From Raillietiella orientalis (Eukaryota): a DNA stretch of 64,000 nucleotides. Within the stretch, counting starts at the first letter, position 1. The number at the start of each line of letters is the position of its first letter. Below, piece by piece: positions 47,184-58,960 of the stretch. The notes beneath the pieces were generated by a model. That model was not told the DNA's origin. It ran no database searches and saw only the letters and a list, made by a program, of their open reading frames with translations. A program made the translations under genes and the position numbers. The DNA is taken from NCBI GenBank assembly GCA_036172245.1, contig JAYWIR010000039.1, positions 1,054,001-1,118,000 of the forward strand, read 5' to 3'.

Positions 47184-49158
47184 TCAGCTCTCGAATATTC
47201 TTTCGTACTCCACGGCAGGAGCATCATCTCGATAATCACTGAGAACCCTCATCAAAGAGGGCTTCTCACCACGGCTGGAACCCTTGGAAAAGAATGCTCC
47301 GTCTTTCGATACAACTCCGCCCTTACGATTGCTCGGTTCCGATGCGTCCACGTCTCTTTCAGCTTCCCTGGCTCCTTGAGCTTCCCGGTCTTCCATGGGA
47401 AGCCGTTTGTTAAAACCGTAGGGCTGTTGATACTTGTCGTGGTAGGCATAGAAGTCCGGGGAGTCGTCTTCTGGGTACGAAGGGAGCTCGCCGTAGGGAA
47501 AGCGGTCGCGCTGGTACTTCGGCACGTGCGGGTAAGGCTCGCTCTTCTCCGGGTACGCGTCCAGGGGCTTCCCGAAGGCGTAATCATGTTGGCCCGTTGC
47601 TCCCGGGTAGGGGCTCGAGTAGGCGGAGTACTCTTCCGGGAATTCGAGGTCCCTCGAGTCCCTGGCTGCAGACGGCTTGGGGTACCTTGCGGATGGCTTG
47701 CTAGGGTGCACGATGCGCGGCCGATGTTCCCTGGAAGCCGCGCGATAACCCGGCAGGTCGTAGTCGCGCTCCGGTCCGTCCGCGTGAGGGTACGCGCGTT
47801 CCGGGTAACCTGGCTTGGTGGCATGGAACTTCTGGGATGCAGGGTAGGCTTCGGGATACGGGATGCCCCGGAATTCCTCGTCCGGATATTCCTGTCTGCC
47901 GGCGTCCCCGAACGAATGCTTTCTCGGCGCGAACGGCTTGAGGGCCGAGGAAGGCCCAGCGGGGTAAGCTTCGGGGTACTTTTCGCTCTCGGCGCGGTGG
48001 GCCGGGTAGGCCTCCGGGCGGGGGTGAGCTCGGTGCTTGACGTATTCCGGGTAGGAAGGCTGGTACTTCGAAGCAGGGCGAGGGCGAGAGTATCCGGGCT
48101 GGTCCCGCGAGTAGGCAGCCTGCGGACCTTTGTCCGGATTCCTCTGGCCGGGGTAACTGGGGTAATTCCTGTACGCCCTGGGACGCTGGTAGTAGGCCTT
48201 GTACGCCGCTCCCAGCTTCCTCTGCTGGTACGGCTCCGCTGCGGTGGGAAGGGCAGGAAACTGTCGCCGGAAGCGACCCGCGAACTCACCATCATATCGG
48301 TCCACCTTCTTGGACTCGGCTTCCATCAGGTCGGTGCCATTGGTGGAGCTGTTCTTCTCGGACGCTGCTGCGAAGGTGACCCAGAGGGCCAGGAGACACA
48401 TCTGGAACGTTCCTCGGGCTGCATTTTGCCAGGTAACGTGCGGGCACCCCACCCTTGGAGCCGGGGGCTGCCCCGCGCGATCCGGCAAAGCATCGCACGG
48501 GGATCAAAAACGGGGGCAGCGAGAAACGGGGCAGCAGAATCCTTCGGGCTGGTCAGTGGCGTCACGGAGGGAGGGAAGGCGCGGTCACCACCTGACGGAG
48601 CGTGAGGAGTCGCGCAGCCATGCAGAGGGGAGCGAGGCGGGAAGGAAATCCTGCGGTTGTCGGGACGCGGAGGTCTCCGGAGCAGTCGAGGTTCTTTCCG
48701 CCTCGGGAGCAACCAGAGCGGGACGTCCTCCCGCAGCTGAAGGAAATTGGGGTGGGCTGGTCGGGAGTGATTCTTCTCGCTCGGGATTTTCCCGCGCTTT
48801 CCTCGCGCCGCCACCGGTGGCGGCAGTGGCTTCCGCGGGCCGAACCCGACCTCTGACCAGCGAGCTGCCACGCCAGAGCACTCCTTTCTTCAGCGCGGGA
48901 AAACTTCCATCTGTCCCCCTTCGCCCCCGTCTAGAAGGATGCGAAAGGAAGCGTACCCCCATCTGTATTGCGGGGGCGAAAGGGGTCCGCGGATCGGCAT
49001 CTCGGTAGGCTTGGAGCCGGGGACCAGCATCTCGAGAACGGAACCGAAGAACGGGTTTGCCAGCTTTCCCCTTCCTCCCTCCCTGCCGCCCGCGCGTCTC
49101 CGCGGGGCCTTCTCCAGGTTCTCGAAACACCCCTTACCTGCACCATCTTGGGTTCCAT
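47184..49158 (-). CDS. Secreted Tyr/Pro-rich repetitive protein (cuticle/egg-shell/adhesive-like structural protein), ~395 aa
   Basis: Model complement(join(47184..48238,48290..48401,49138..49158)) = 1188 nt. Micro-exon MEPKMVQ ends at CAG|GTAAGG. Exon 2 follows a TTCCAG acceptor and gives signal peptide MCLLALWVTFAAA. A 51-nt in-frame GTGAGT..CGCAG intron precedes a long exon with repeated YPEAYP(A)-like motifs. TATA-like TTTATAAG lies ~80 nt upstream of the ATG. Confidence 0.8.
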
Positions 49159-49232
49159 CTCTTCCTCCAAGATGAGGGAAGCGGAAGGCTGGGCTCCTGG
49201 AGTGCACTGGTGCCGATGTTGTGTTTTTCGCT

Positions 49233-49241
49233 ACTTATAAA
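49233..49241 (-). promoter_or_regulatory. Putative TATA box of the Tyr/Pro-rich gene
   Basis: Minus strand reads CTTTATAAGTAG, ~30 nt upstream of an Inr-like CCAGTG and ~80 nt upstream of the ATG at 49158. Confidence 0.5.
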
Positions 49242-51449
49242 GGAAGAAGAGGTTGTGCAAGACGATGCTTGATGCTGCGTTGGTGAAACATACACGCGCG
49301 CGCGAGCGCGTGCGAGTGCGCGCCAAGTGAAAACAAAAAAAAAAAAAAAAAAAAAAAGGAAGGGGAAGGCGGGGGGGAAGAGGAGGAGGAAGAGGAGGGA
49401 AATCTCGCACATTCGAGCTCGTAATTATTGAATTTGCCAATTCTCTGTGATCCGGGAGACATTCGATACAGGGAAGCACGCCCGCCTATTGAAAACGCTG
49501 GGTCTTGCATCACGGACGCCTGAATAGGTCGTTATGTCAGCTCCTAGCGAAGAGATTTGCCCGTTTTTTTTTGTTTTTCTTTCTTTCTTTCTTTCGTGTG
49601 TTCCAACTCGCCCCTTTCCTGCTCTCTCGGCTCCGCTCTTTTGCCGTCTCCGACACTGAGCTCTCCGGCAGAAATTCGTGGCTGCGCCGGGTGTCATTAC
49701 AGGAGGAAAATCCATTAAGAGAAGCCGAGGAGTGGGGCGGGATGGAAGTCGTGAAGCCCTCCGCGGATGGCGCACGCGCCCCGGCGGGGCAGGAACAGCG
49801 GAAGGGAGAGGAAGGGGGAAGCCGACCGAGGGGGTGTCCTTAGGGATTCTCCGTGGAACGGGAGCGACAGCTCCGGCCGCGAGCTTTTCTTTGCGCTTCC
49901 CTCTTTCGCGGTTCCCGTCTTCGCTCCACTCCCCCCCCTTCCCGCTCCCCTCCCCCCTTGCGCAACCCTTTGCGCGCGCAAGTGCCTCGCAATTCGTGCC
50001 CTGCCCTGTGAACCCGTTGGAAAACCTTCCCCTCCCCCTCCTGCCCTGCCCTGCTAATGGTCACCACAACGAGCGCTCTCCCCGCATCCGAACGCGACCG
50101 AGGCGGCAGCAGCGAACGAGTCTCTCGCACGCCCGCGCTCTCTACTCCTCCTCCTCCGCGAAGCAGCAGCGGAGGGGCTCCCGTTAGGGAAGAGCCCGGT
50201 TTCCTCGCCTGCCCTCCCGCTCCCCACTGGGGATCGCAGGAGACCGAAGTACGTCGTCCGTCGGCGCGCTCCGCAGGCTCATCGGCGCCTGCGCCTTCCT
50301 CACGCTGAAGAGGCGGCCTCGTGGAAAAGCTGCAAGAAAGGCATCGGAGAGGAAGGCAGTTGAGTAAGAACGAAAGACGACAAAAAAAGCGCGCTCACAC
50401 ACACACACACACACAGGAGAGAAGAAGAAGACGAAGAAGAAGAAGAAAAGAAAAGGAAAGGAGGAAAGGAAAGAAGGAGCCAAGCATGATGCGGAGGCGT
50501 GGAGCTGTTCCCATTTCGTCACATACACCCATTCACACCTTTTACGAAACACCCCAAGCAATCATTCTGACGATCGTGTTCCTTTCCATATGTTGGGTGG
50601 TCCTGAACCAACCTCAATACCATGGCCATGATGAAAACAAGATCATGTCTCAAAGTGATGCAGTGTGTTCTCTGGACCACCCTATAATCTGCATACATAT
50701 TGCCTGTCTGGAGGGCTATCTGTGTACGTACATACACGCATGCGTGTGTTGCGTACCGGATGTCCTGCTTTCTCACCTCTTGTGCATGGTGCCTACTTGG
50801 ATGGCCTTCGAGCTCTCGCGGAAGGGAGGTGACGCGTATGGTGCACCTCACGTGCACCCAAAAACACCTCCAAGTAAGCCCTGGACTAGACAGGTGCGCG
50901 CTCCCGGGCCGAAGCAGTAGGGCGAAAACCTTCTCGGAAGCTGTCCGGGTGGCGCCCCGTGGCTCATGTCAGGGGCAGGTCGGCTTCCAGCCGGCACCTC
51001 AGAAGCGTCAGCAATTCCCCCCCCCCCCCCTTCCACCCCGAAGAAGCGCGAGCGGTCCAATAGGGGTCGAGGCACCCACACTCGTGCGGCAGCAGAGGGA
51101 GTCGTGTTGCACCTGGTGGGCAGTGGCCGGTCGGGTGCCTTCCGCGCATGCGCGCCGCCGCTGTGAGGGAGCCGCGTGCTGTCACCTAGGCGACGGGAGC
51201 TGTGAAACAAGAGTTTCCGCGCGCGGCCGAAGCGTTTAGTCAAGGTTAATTAATGCAGATTCTTCATTGAGACAATCAGCAAAGCGACTCATAAAGCGCT
51301 TTTACGCGTCCCACCAAGGTTTTTTCTAATTGCAAGGCCGCTGGCCATGTTCGTTTGCCCACGCCTGACCACTGCTCTAGCAGCGAAGAGTAGATCCAAG
51401 CGTGTAAACATACAGTTTGAGGTCACTCGTCTTTTACAGGCTCTTCTTA

Positions 51450-52590
51450 TTGTTAAAGCGCGCGCTGCGGACGGTGGGACCTGGAGGCTCGCCCATGGCA
51501 ACCGGGAGGGTCCGTTGCGGTACGAACGTTTCGCGGTGCCGCCTGCAGGGAAGCCTGGAGTCTTCCGAGCTCGCCTAGTTGCTTGGAATCAACCCCTGGG
51601 TCTTTGCCATCCGTCTGCATGGGGGTGCTCGCTGCAACGCATGACGGGCCAAGTGGACCACCAGTCTTCCCATTACGGGCAATGATGTGCGGGTTTTCGT
51701 GTGTTTTCGAACTCAGAAAGCCTCTCCCGACTTCGTTTCTTGAGCGCCTGAGAGCCTGGAAGGAACTGCGAGTCTGACAGTGACCGATGGTAAAAGGGGA
51801 AGGTGAAAGAGCGTACGAATGGAAGCCTAAGCGAGACCTCCGCGCCAGTCTCTGGCCCGCCTCGAAACACAAGGCGACTTGGAAGGGAGCTCTCAAGTGA
51901 CCAACCATAACACCGAAGTGGAATGGTCGTTGATGCAATTTCCCGGCTCAGATAATTCCAAAAACCCCTGGAAGTTCGAGATTCTCTTCGGAGTTCTTCG
52001 TTCTGCTCTGGAGCTGCCTCATCATTCCGCCGAAGCAGAGAGCCTCAACGCATCAGGAAGGCGACCGAGGGTGGTGCAGCCAGGTCCCCGAAGACGACCA
52101 AAAAGCGACTATCAAGGCGTGAGGAGGCAAGAGCAGGCGAGAAAGGGAGCACTTTGTTTTCAACAAGGAGCTGCCTGGCGCTCGACTGCTGGCGCTGCTG
52201 CCGCGAAACTTCGGACAGGAGGGTGGTCCCTTTTCCAAGCACGCTTGGCCAAGCAATCCTTTCAGAAGGGGGAGACTGCTGCGAGTTGCATGCGGGCGCT
52301 GGACTTCGGCGGCTCCCCGTCCCTCCACCCTGGACCTCCTCGGAGTCAAACGAAGACGCTGCTGCTTTCGGGAACGAGTGGCTCGGGTGGGTCTCGCAGG
52401 TGGCCGACTCGCTTGCCTGCCGTCGATTGGAGGCTCTGAAGTACAGCGTAGGGGAAATTCGGAAGTCGAATGAAATGGTCCTTGAAGTTCATCGGTTTCT
52501 CGGACTACATCCATATCAGCTCAGCAGATTTATGAAGATCACGAAACATATTGAGAAAACGAATTTCGTCACGGGCCGAGAAGAGATGTA
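51450..52590 (+). mobile_element. Decayed LINE endonuclease end/linker fragment
   Basis: NPWKF followed by ..FQKGET.. at linker-like spacing; broken frames. Confidence 0.35.
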
Positions 52591-54545
52591 ACAGCAAAGA
52601 GAGAGAGGGAGAAGGTAAAAAAAAAAAAAAAAAAAAAGCATAAATTAAGGGAGACAGCTGTGAAAATGGTTCCTCCGAAGAAGAGGAAAGAGACGGTGCT
52701 GCATTATTTATTGGAGCCACACCACCAAATGTTTATCGAAGGCGCGCGCTCTTTTCCAATAGACGGGGTGTCGGGACGTCGGATAGGGATAGCAAGGACG
52801 TCTCGCAAGCACCTCCGTCCCATGCTGGGGAGGAAGAGTAGGGAATTCACAGAATGGGAGGTACTCAACTCGGGCATCCTGCCGGACGTCTATAGCAAAC
52901 GCTTTTGCGGAGAGACAAACCAACTGGAAGTCAGGTGGAACTGGAATCCAGAAGCCCATGGAGACGAAGAGGGAAAGCAGGAGAAGAAAGAAATAAACAC
53001 CGAGACGGGTGGACTTCGGGCAACACAGGAGGGCAACAAAAGGCCCATTGCTCACGGTTCCGACCGTGGTCTTCGGCGGGGATGGACCCTGTTTGCTTCC
53101 GCGGCGACGCTCGCGCCCTTCGGCTTGCAAATCTACAATTCCGTTTGCTCTCGCGAGCACGGCGCCTCCTCCAGAAACGTCCCGTGCTACAGAGGGATCG
53201 AAACGCTCGGTTCACTTCGCATTAAGGTTGCTCTTCCTCGACAGAGTGCCTCTCAGAAGTGGTGAGCGTTTTTTTTTTTTTTTTCCCTCCCTTCCCTTTT
53301 TTCTTTTTGGTCGATGTCCTTCCACCCATTCTATACGGCAAAATCCCTCCGTTCTCTGCTATGCGTTTCCTCGTGGCAGGCGTTCTTGCGCTCTTCCCTC
53401 CTTGTGAGTTTGAGCATCTTCAAAAAGCTGCTGCAGGTCTCGAAACCGGTGCTCCAGAGGACAACCAACTTTAAGCCGAACAATCCGGCTGTTGGGGCCA
53501 TGGGATTTCTCCCAGTAGTCAGGACAGGGAGAGGGAGCAACACAGAGCTCCGTGGTATCTCATGACCAAACTGTGGCGACCAGATCCAGCTCCCTTTCGC
53601 CGAAGACCCTAGAAACTCCTGGAAGAAGTGCTTCCGGCAGAGGAATGGCGCTCGTCCACATGCTTCAGCTGGGTGGAAAGGGATGCTTGCCGTTGCTTCT
53701 GCAAAGGGCACCATGGACCGAACTCGAGTCCTTGTGGACAACAGAATGGAGGCTATCCTTGGACCTTGCTGACGGAGCAGTCGCTTTCCATCTTTCGGAA
53801 GCTGAGTACCCATTCTTGAATGATGGGCGCACAGAGATCTCCCTAGAACGGTTCTTGCGTGCTTTCCTGTCCTGAGTCCCGCGACGGAACGAAGCACTGC
53901 CAACCCATACCTGGCCGCGTTCTCACCCGAAACAAGTGACCTTTGAATCCTTGAATCCAGAGGACCTCCGAGAGACGGTGGACTTCGATTAGCATCGTGT
54001 GGGCGTTAGATACAGCAGCCACGTTCCGCAGTGGCTGGACAGATGCAGGAGATCCTCTTCCGATCAGCCGGAGGAGCGAAGGTGAGAAGGGGATCTCGGT
54101 GCTTCCAGGAGGCATCGAAAAGAGACGGGGAAAGCGCTAAGGCGTGGTCGTCCTTTCCCACGTTCTTGGGGAAAGTGCTGCAATGAGGCTTCCGGAGACG
54201 TTCCGCCTTTGGTCCGCGCGCTGACAGGCTGAAAAGCACCCCCTTTTCCTCCCCTGCCTTCTTCGCCCCGCCGAAGGCGCGTCTCCATCACTACCACGCA
54301 TCTGGAGGAAGGAGAGGAGATGCAAGGCCTCTGGAGAGGCATTCCCAGAGGCATCGTCTCGGCGTCCTACTCGTGCGCCAAAGGCCCTCGAAGGCAGGTC
54401 GCCAGCTGCCTTTCCCGACAGAGAGAAAAGGAGAAGCAATTTGCCTGGAGGCTTCGTTTATTGTCCCCCCGCGTCGCTCGAGGACACTCCGGAGCTGCGC
54501 TGCTCCGCAAGCCTTCCGGGACGGCAGGGAAAGCTGCTGCCCTCC

Positions 54546-57500
54546 TCAGGCGTCCTCCTCCCAGTCCGGGTCGAAGAAGTCGAATATGGGGTGGTACTCG
54601 AAGTTGACCTTGGTGCCATCCGATCTGTGGGTAGTGAACCTGGAGGCCCCGAGGGACGTGTGGACCTCTCCTCCAGATTCCCCCGTCTCCGTGCCTACCG
54701 CTCTTCGGAACTTCCCACGTGGACTTTGGACTCGCTGGGGTCGGTGTCGTGCCGGTGCTTCCTCTCTTTCGGAGGCCACCTACCTCCTCTCTTGCTCTCC
54801 CTCAGGTGGCAGGCGCATCCTACCGGGAACTGGAAGGGAAAGACGTGCTTGAAATGGCCCGAGGCACCGCATCCTTGGAAGGATGCTCTCAAGGGAGGAG
54901 GAAGGGAGGAGGAGGTAGAAAGCAAATCTCTATCCCCTGCCTCTCTCCCTAGGTGCCCACGCGAGAGTTCGCCTCCCTTTGCCCTTCAGGCCTCGGGAGA
55001 CCTGGAGGACGTGGTCTCAGGCCCGGTAACCTCCGGATCTCGGAATCGACCAGCGGAGTGCGTGATCTGCTAAAACACCGGATCCAGGGAGGGACAGAAG
55101 AGTCGTCCGGCTGGTGAACCAGGATCGCCCTGCGAAAGAATTTGCTGGAGGCAAATTCCTTGCCCACGACTACGGGAGGCGAGCATTCGACTCTTCCTGT
55201 CCCTGGGGCGGACGGATGCTCCTCGGGAGCACCTCAAGGGGGACAGAAGAAAGGGGGAAAATGGATACGGAGAGTGTGGGGAAGGATGCCAACGGATCTC
55301 TCGAAAACGTTGTTAGGACAGGTCTACCAGAGGGAGGGAGGGATAGACGAAAGAAGAGGGAGAAAATGGACCTGCTGCCTGCTCACCTTGAAGATGTCGA
55401 TGTGCAGTCCCTCCTCCTGGCTCCAGCAGAGAACTCGGTGGAAGTTATAGATCTGCGCACAGTGGGTCTTCGAGTAGGGTACCAGCACGGAGCACGGTCT
55501 GTCGGAGTGCCTGCAAGGGATGGCCTGAGACGTCACCGGCGGCGAAGGGGCTGTGAGCCCTCCAGCAGCTGTGGAGAGTCTCCGACAGCAGCCCTTAGGA
55601 GACTTCCGGAAACTAAGGCAACCGCCTCGCGGCCCACGGAGATGCCTTGCGTACGTGTTCGCCCCCGGTGCCACCTCCCTACCCTTCTCCTCACCCCCTA
55701 TCGGAACCGCGCGCCGGTCCAGAACCGGCTGCTGGACGAGATCTGCCTGGTCCCGGATTCGCCGAAAGAGGAAGAGCGGTCCGGAGTCAGTCGGAAGCTG
55801 CACGCGCGTTCCCCCTTAGCCCGTGGCTCCCATCCTTCATCCACACCTTCATGCAGCGAGCTGGGGACACGTGTTAGTTGCCTAGCAACGACAGGGGGAG
55901 GTCCAGAGCATTCTCTCTGGTGGTGGGCCGCGCGCTTGTCCCAGAACGAAAGCTCCGCCTCCTTACGGCTCGAGCGATACACCCCGTGGTCCTTCTTTTC
56001 CCCTTCCCACTTCACCCTACTCCGCCTCCATTGCCGCCTCTTCCAGGTCTCTTCGGCAGCGCGCTCCTCCGCCCTAACGACAATCCCACCCCCTGTCGGC
56101 GCAGGCGGCGGCAGCCGAGGGCGGGAAATCCACTGGTCGGGTGTCGTCTGACTTGGAAAGCGTCGGGACCGAGTCCGGCATGCGACTTGCGTGCTGAGAT
56201 TCAGAGAAAGGAAGGGGAACGGAGGAAAAGGAGAAAGGAAAGAGGAAGAGGAGAAGGGGCAAGAGGAGGAGAAAGGGAGGAGGAGGAGGAAGGAAGCAGT
56301 CAAGTGCCTCGCAACCCGCGTCCACCCCGCACCCTTTTCCCTTCTTCCTCCATCTCCAGAGACTTGTCGGAGAGGAAGCGGAAGCCTCCGTGCTGCGCTC
56401 CCACGGGAGTGCGAGTGGGTGGAGAAGGGAAAGCAGGGGGGGAAGGCCTAGGTCGCTCGGAGGGCGTCAGCGGCAGGGTCAGCCTGGAACGATGGCGACG
56501 TACTCACAGGCACTTCTCCAGCCTCACCGTCTGCGTGAAGGGGTGCAGGTTGACGATGAACTTCCACTTGCCGTCGAGGTTTCTGCCCCTCAGAGGGTAC
56601 CCGTAGTTGACCTCAGAGGGGCACAGGTAGCCCCCGTGCTGGTCGCGCTCTCGGTCCGGCTTCTGGTTGCGAGGCTGCTCCCTGGAAAACCGACCGGATT
56701 GGGGTTATCTCCGTGGGAGCGGCGAGAGCCGGAAGGAGCAGGAGGAGGGATCCCCCCTTCTCCCTTCGGTGGAAAGTGACGGTAGGGACGCGCCTCTGGG
56801 CATAGAAGGCGTAGTTGTATCTCCCCTCCTCGGAGGAGCTGACGCCCTCCACCATGGTGTCCGCGTTCTGGTTCTTCACCTCAGCGTACGCAATCTCCAG
56901 GGTCGGGAGGTTCTTCAGGATGGCGTCTGAGATCTCCCTTCTGGAAGAGGAAGAGGAAGGTCAGTTCGGGCGTCGGGTGGCTGCCAAGGGGAGGGAGGGG
57001 CTCTCCGCGCCCGCCGTAGCCGGTGCTGTCCCCTGATCGCGGTCGCGAGCGCAGGCGCGAAGCCCACCAGGAAGAAAGACGCGAGCGCGTCCCCCTCCAC
57101 CTTTTCCTTCCATGCCTTTCTGCTGCTGTGTCTACGCGTGGCCTGCGGAGGAAGAGGCTCCCGGTCCGGCGAACAAACGCTGCGACAGAGAGGAAAGCAG
57201 CTCTTCCGCTTCCCTCCCATCCCTCCTTCCTTCCCGCTCCCCTGCGCTTTCCTTTTTTCTTTTCTTTTTTTTCCCTTTCTGGTCCGATTTTTTGCTTCCC
57301 CTCGTCCGCTTGGGAGGGCGAGGGAAGAGGAGACGGCGAGCCACAGAGAGGTCGATGGACGCTAGAGGCGGCGGTTCACTAGCCCCGCTGGACTCTGGCG
57401 CCACCGCCGAAGACTTCGCTTGCTCGCGTGCGCGTGCGCGGGCGGACAGACGGGCGGGGAGACAAGAGGGAAACGTCGCCCGCTCCTCGCCGAAGGCGAT

Positions 57501-58476
57501 GCCTCGTTTTTTTTTTTTTTGGGCCTAGCGGAGAGCTGTGGTGGTGGTGGAGGAGGAGGAGGAGGGAGGGAGGAGATGATGAACTCCGACAGGTCACTCA
57601 CATAGGGTAATAAGAAACGGTCAGACATACGTCTTCGGTGAAGTAGTCGCAGAGGACTTCGGCGGTCGACGGGTGCTCCCTGCGAGCAGGCTCCCAAAGC
57701 AACGACTTGGGAGGGAGCGGACGGAAGCCGCCAACGTCCTGCACCTCGGAGGGAGCCTTCGGCTCCCCGACCCACAGGGGCGTCTGCCTCGTGTTTGTCG
57801 GGAAGCTGGGTCCCGCCCAAGCCGGGGCTAGCGGCGGCAGGTGCTGCCCTTCTAGCGCAGCCTTCTGACCAATCCTGTAGACGTCCTCCGTGGCGAGAGA
57901 AGGGTTGAAAAGTACTGGCGGGCGCAGAGACAGGAACAGGGGGGCGTTGGTAACCTCGTTAGTCCAGAGGAGCTCGTTTTTGGATCTCTTTGGAGGCGGC
58001 ACTTCCACCTTCCGGGAGCTGCGGGTTCCGCCTAGCAGCGAGGGAGTGCCACTTACCGTCGGCGGAGCGTCCTGGATGCCACTGTGCAGCTTCCTCATGG
58101 CCTCCTGCTTCAGCTCGCTCAGCCTCCTCATGAGCATCTCCTTCAAGATCTTCATGCCGCGCACGGTGCTTTCTATGGGCTGCTTCAGGGACGACGCCGT
58201 GCCGTAGGGCAGCGCGAAGTTCGTTTGCTCTTTGCGTCTCAGATGGACCAGTAGCTCTGGGGTCACAATACGGTCCAGAAACTCCTCGGTCACCTCCTCG
58301 TTCCTCAGGTAGAGATCTCGGGAGAAGACCTCCAGAGCCATCGGGTCGATCTCCGTCGAGAGGTAACCGTCCTCTCCTGTTGGGCCCACGGGGATACTGC
58401 TCCTCTCATCCCTTGAAGTGTCCTCAGAGGCAGACGTTTGGAGCAGCGACAGGCAGATGATCCTCCAAGCCAGCAT
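54546..58476 (-). CDS. NT1: Spaetzle-family cystine-knot protein, Neurotrophin-1 (spz2/NT1)-like; 6 exons, ~514 aa
   Basis: Model complement(join(54546..54639,54699..54829,55387..55510,56508..56681,56794..56940,57602..58476)) = 1545 nt, in frame across all junctions. Signal peptide MLAWRIICLSLLQTSA; prodomain motif CDYFTEDVCLTVSYYP, then AYAEVKNQNADTMVEG. Cystine knot GGYLCPSEVNYGYPLRGRNLDGKWKFIVNLHPFTQTVRLEKCL-HSDRPCSVLVPYSKTHCAQIYNFHRVLCWSQEEGLHIDIFK-FPVGCACH. The C-terminal VNFEYHPIFDFF resembles the NT1 tail motif (from recall). Donors GTGAGT/GTGAGT/GTGAGC/GTAGGC plus one putative GC donor; AATAAA at 54457-54462. Family call strong, NT1 orthology moderate. Confidence 0.9.
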
Positions 58477-58619
58477 TCTCTCTTCAGTTTTCCCTTCGGG
58501 GTCCCGGAAAGGGAAAGCGGACCTTTATTGCGCGCAAAGGGTCAGCGTCCTCTGCCCTCGCCAAAGGCGACGACTTTGCGCGGCTGATGCTGTCTCCCTC
58601 GGCACGTCGCGCAGGTGCG

Positions 58620-58960
58620 CGCGCGCGCGCGCGCGACCGAGAGCTTCCTGCCCACGGGACCGGCGGCTAGCCCGGCGACCAGATCGACTCCGCCCCCGGC
58701 GAGCTGCGCAGGAAGCGCCACGTGGCACCATCCCCACCTTCTGAGAAATGGATGCATTGCCGATCAATAAATTTCTCGGAGAATGGGGAAATTCTTGTGG
58801 CTCGCGCGAGCAAGGCCAAGCTCTTCTTCCTGCACACGGGACCGGCGGCTACCCCAGTGACCGGATCGACTCCGCTTTCGGCGAGCCGTCTAGGAAGGGC
58901 CACACGTGGCACTGTCCCCACATCTGGAGACGGGAAAATTCCCGTGGTTCGAGGGCGCCG
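58620..58960 (+). repeat. Diverged ~183-bp tandem duplication upstream of the NT1-like gene
   Basis: CTTCCTGC.CACGGG(G)ACCGGCGGCTA..GACC.GATCGACTCCGC..GGAAG..CACGTGGCAC..TCCCCAC at ~58644 and ~58827. Confidence 0.8.

Noticed and set aside
47252..48605. 347-aa (-) and 409-aa (+) ORFs
   Set aside because: Shadow frames of the GC-rich Tyr/Pro-rich exon.
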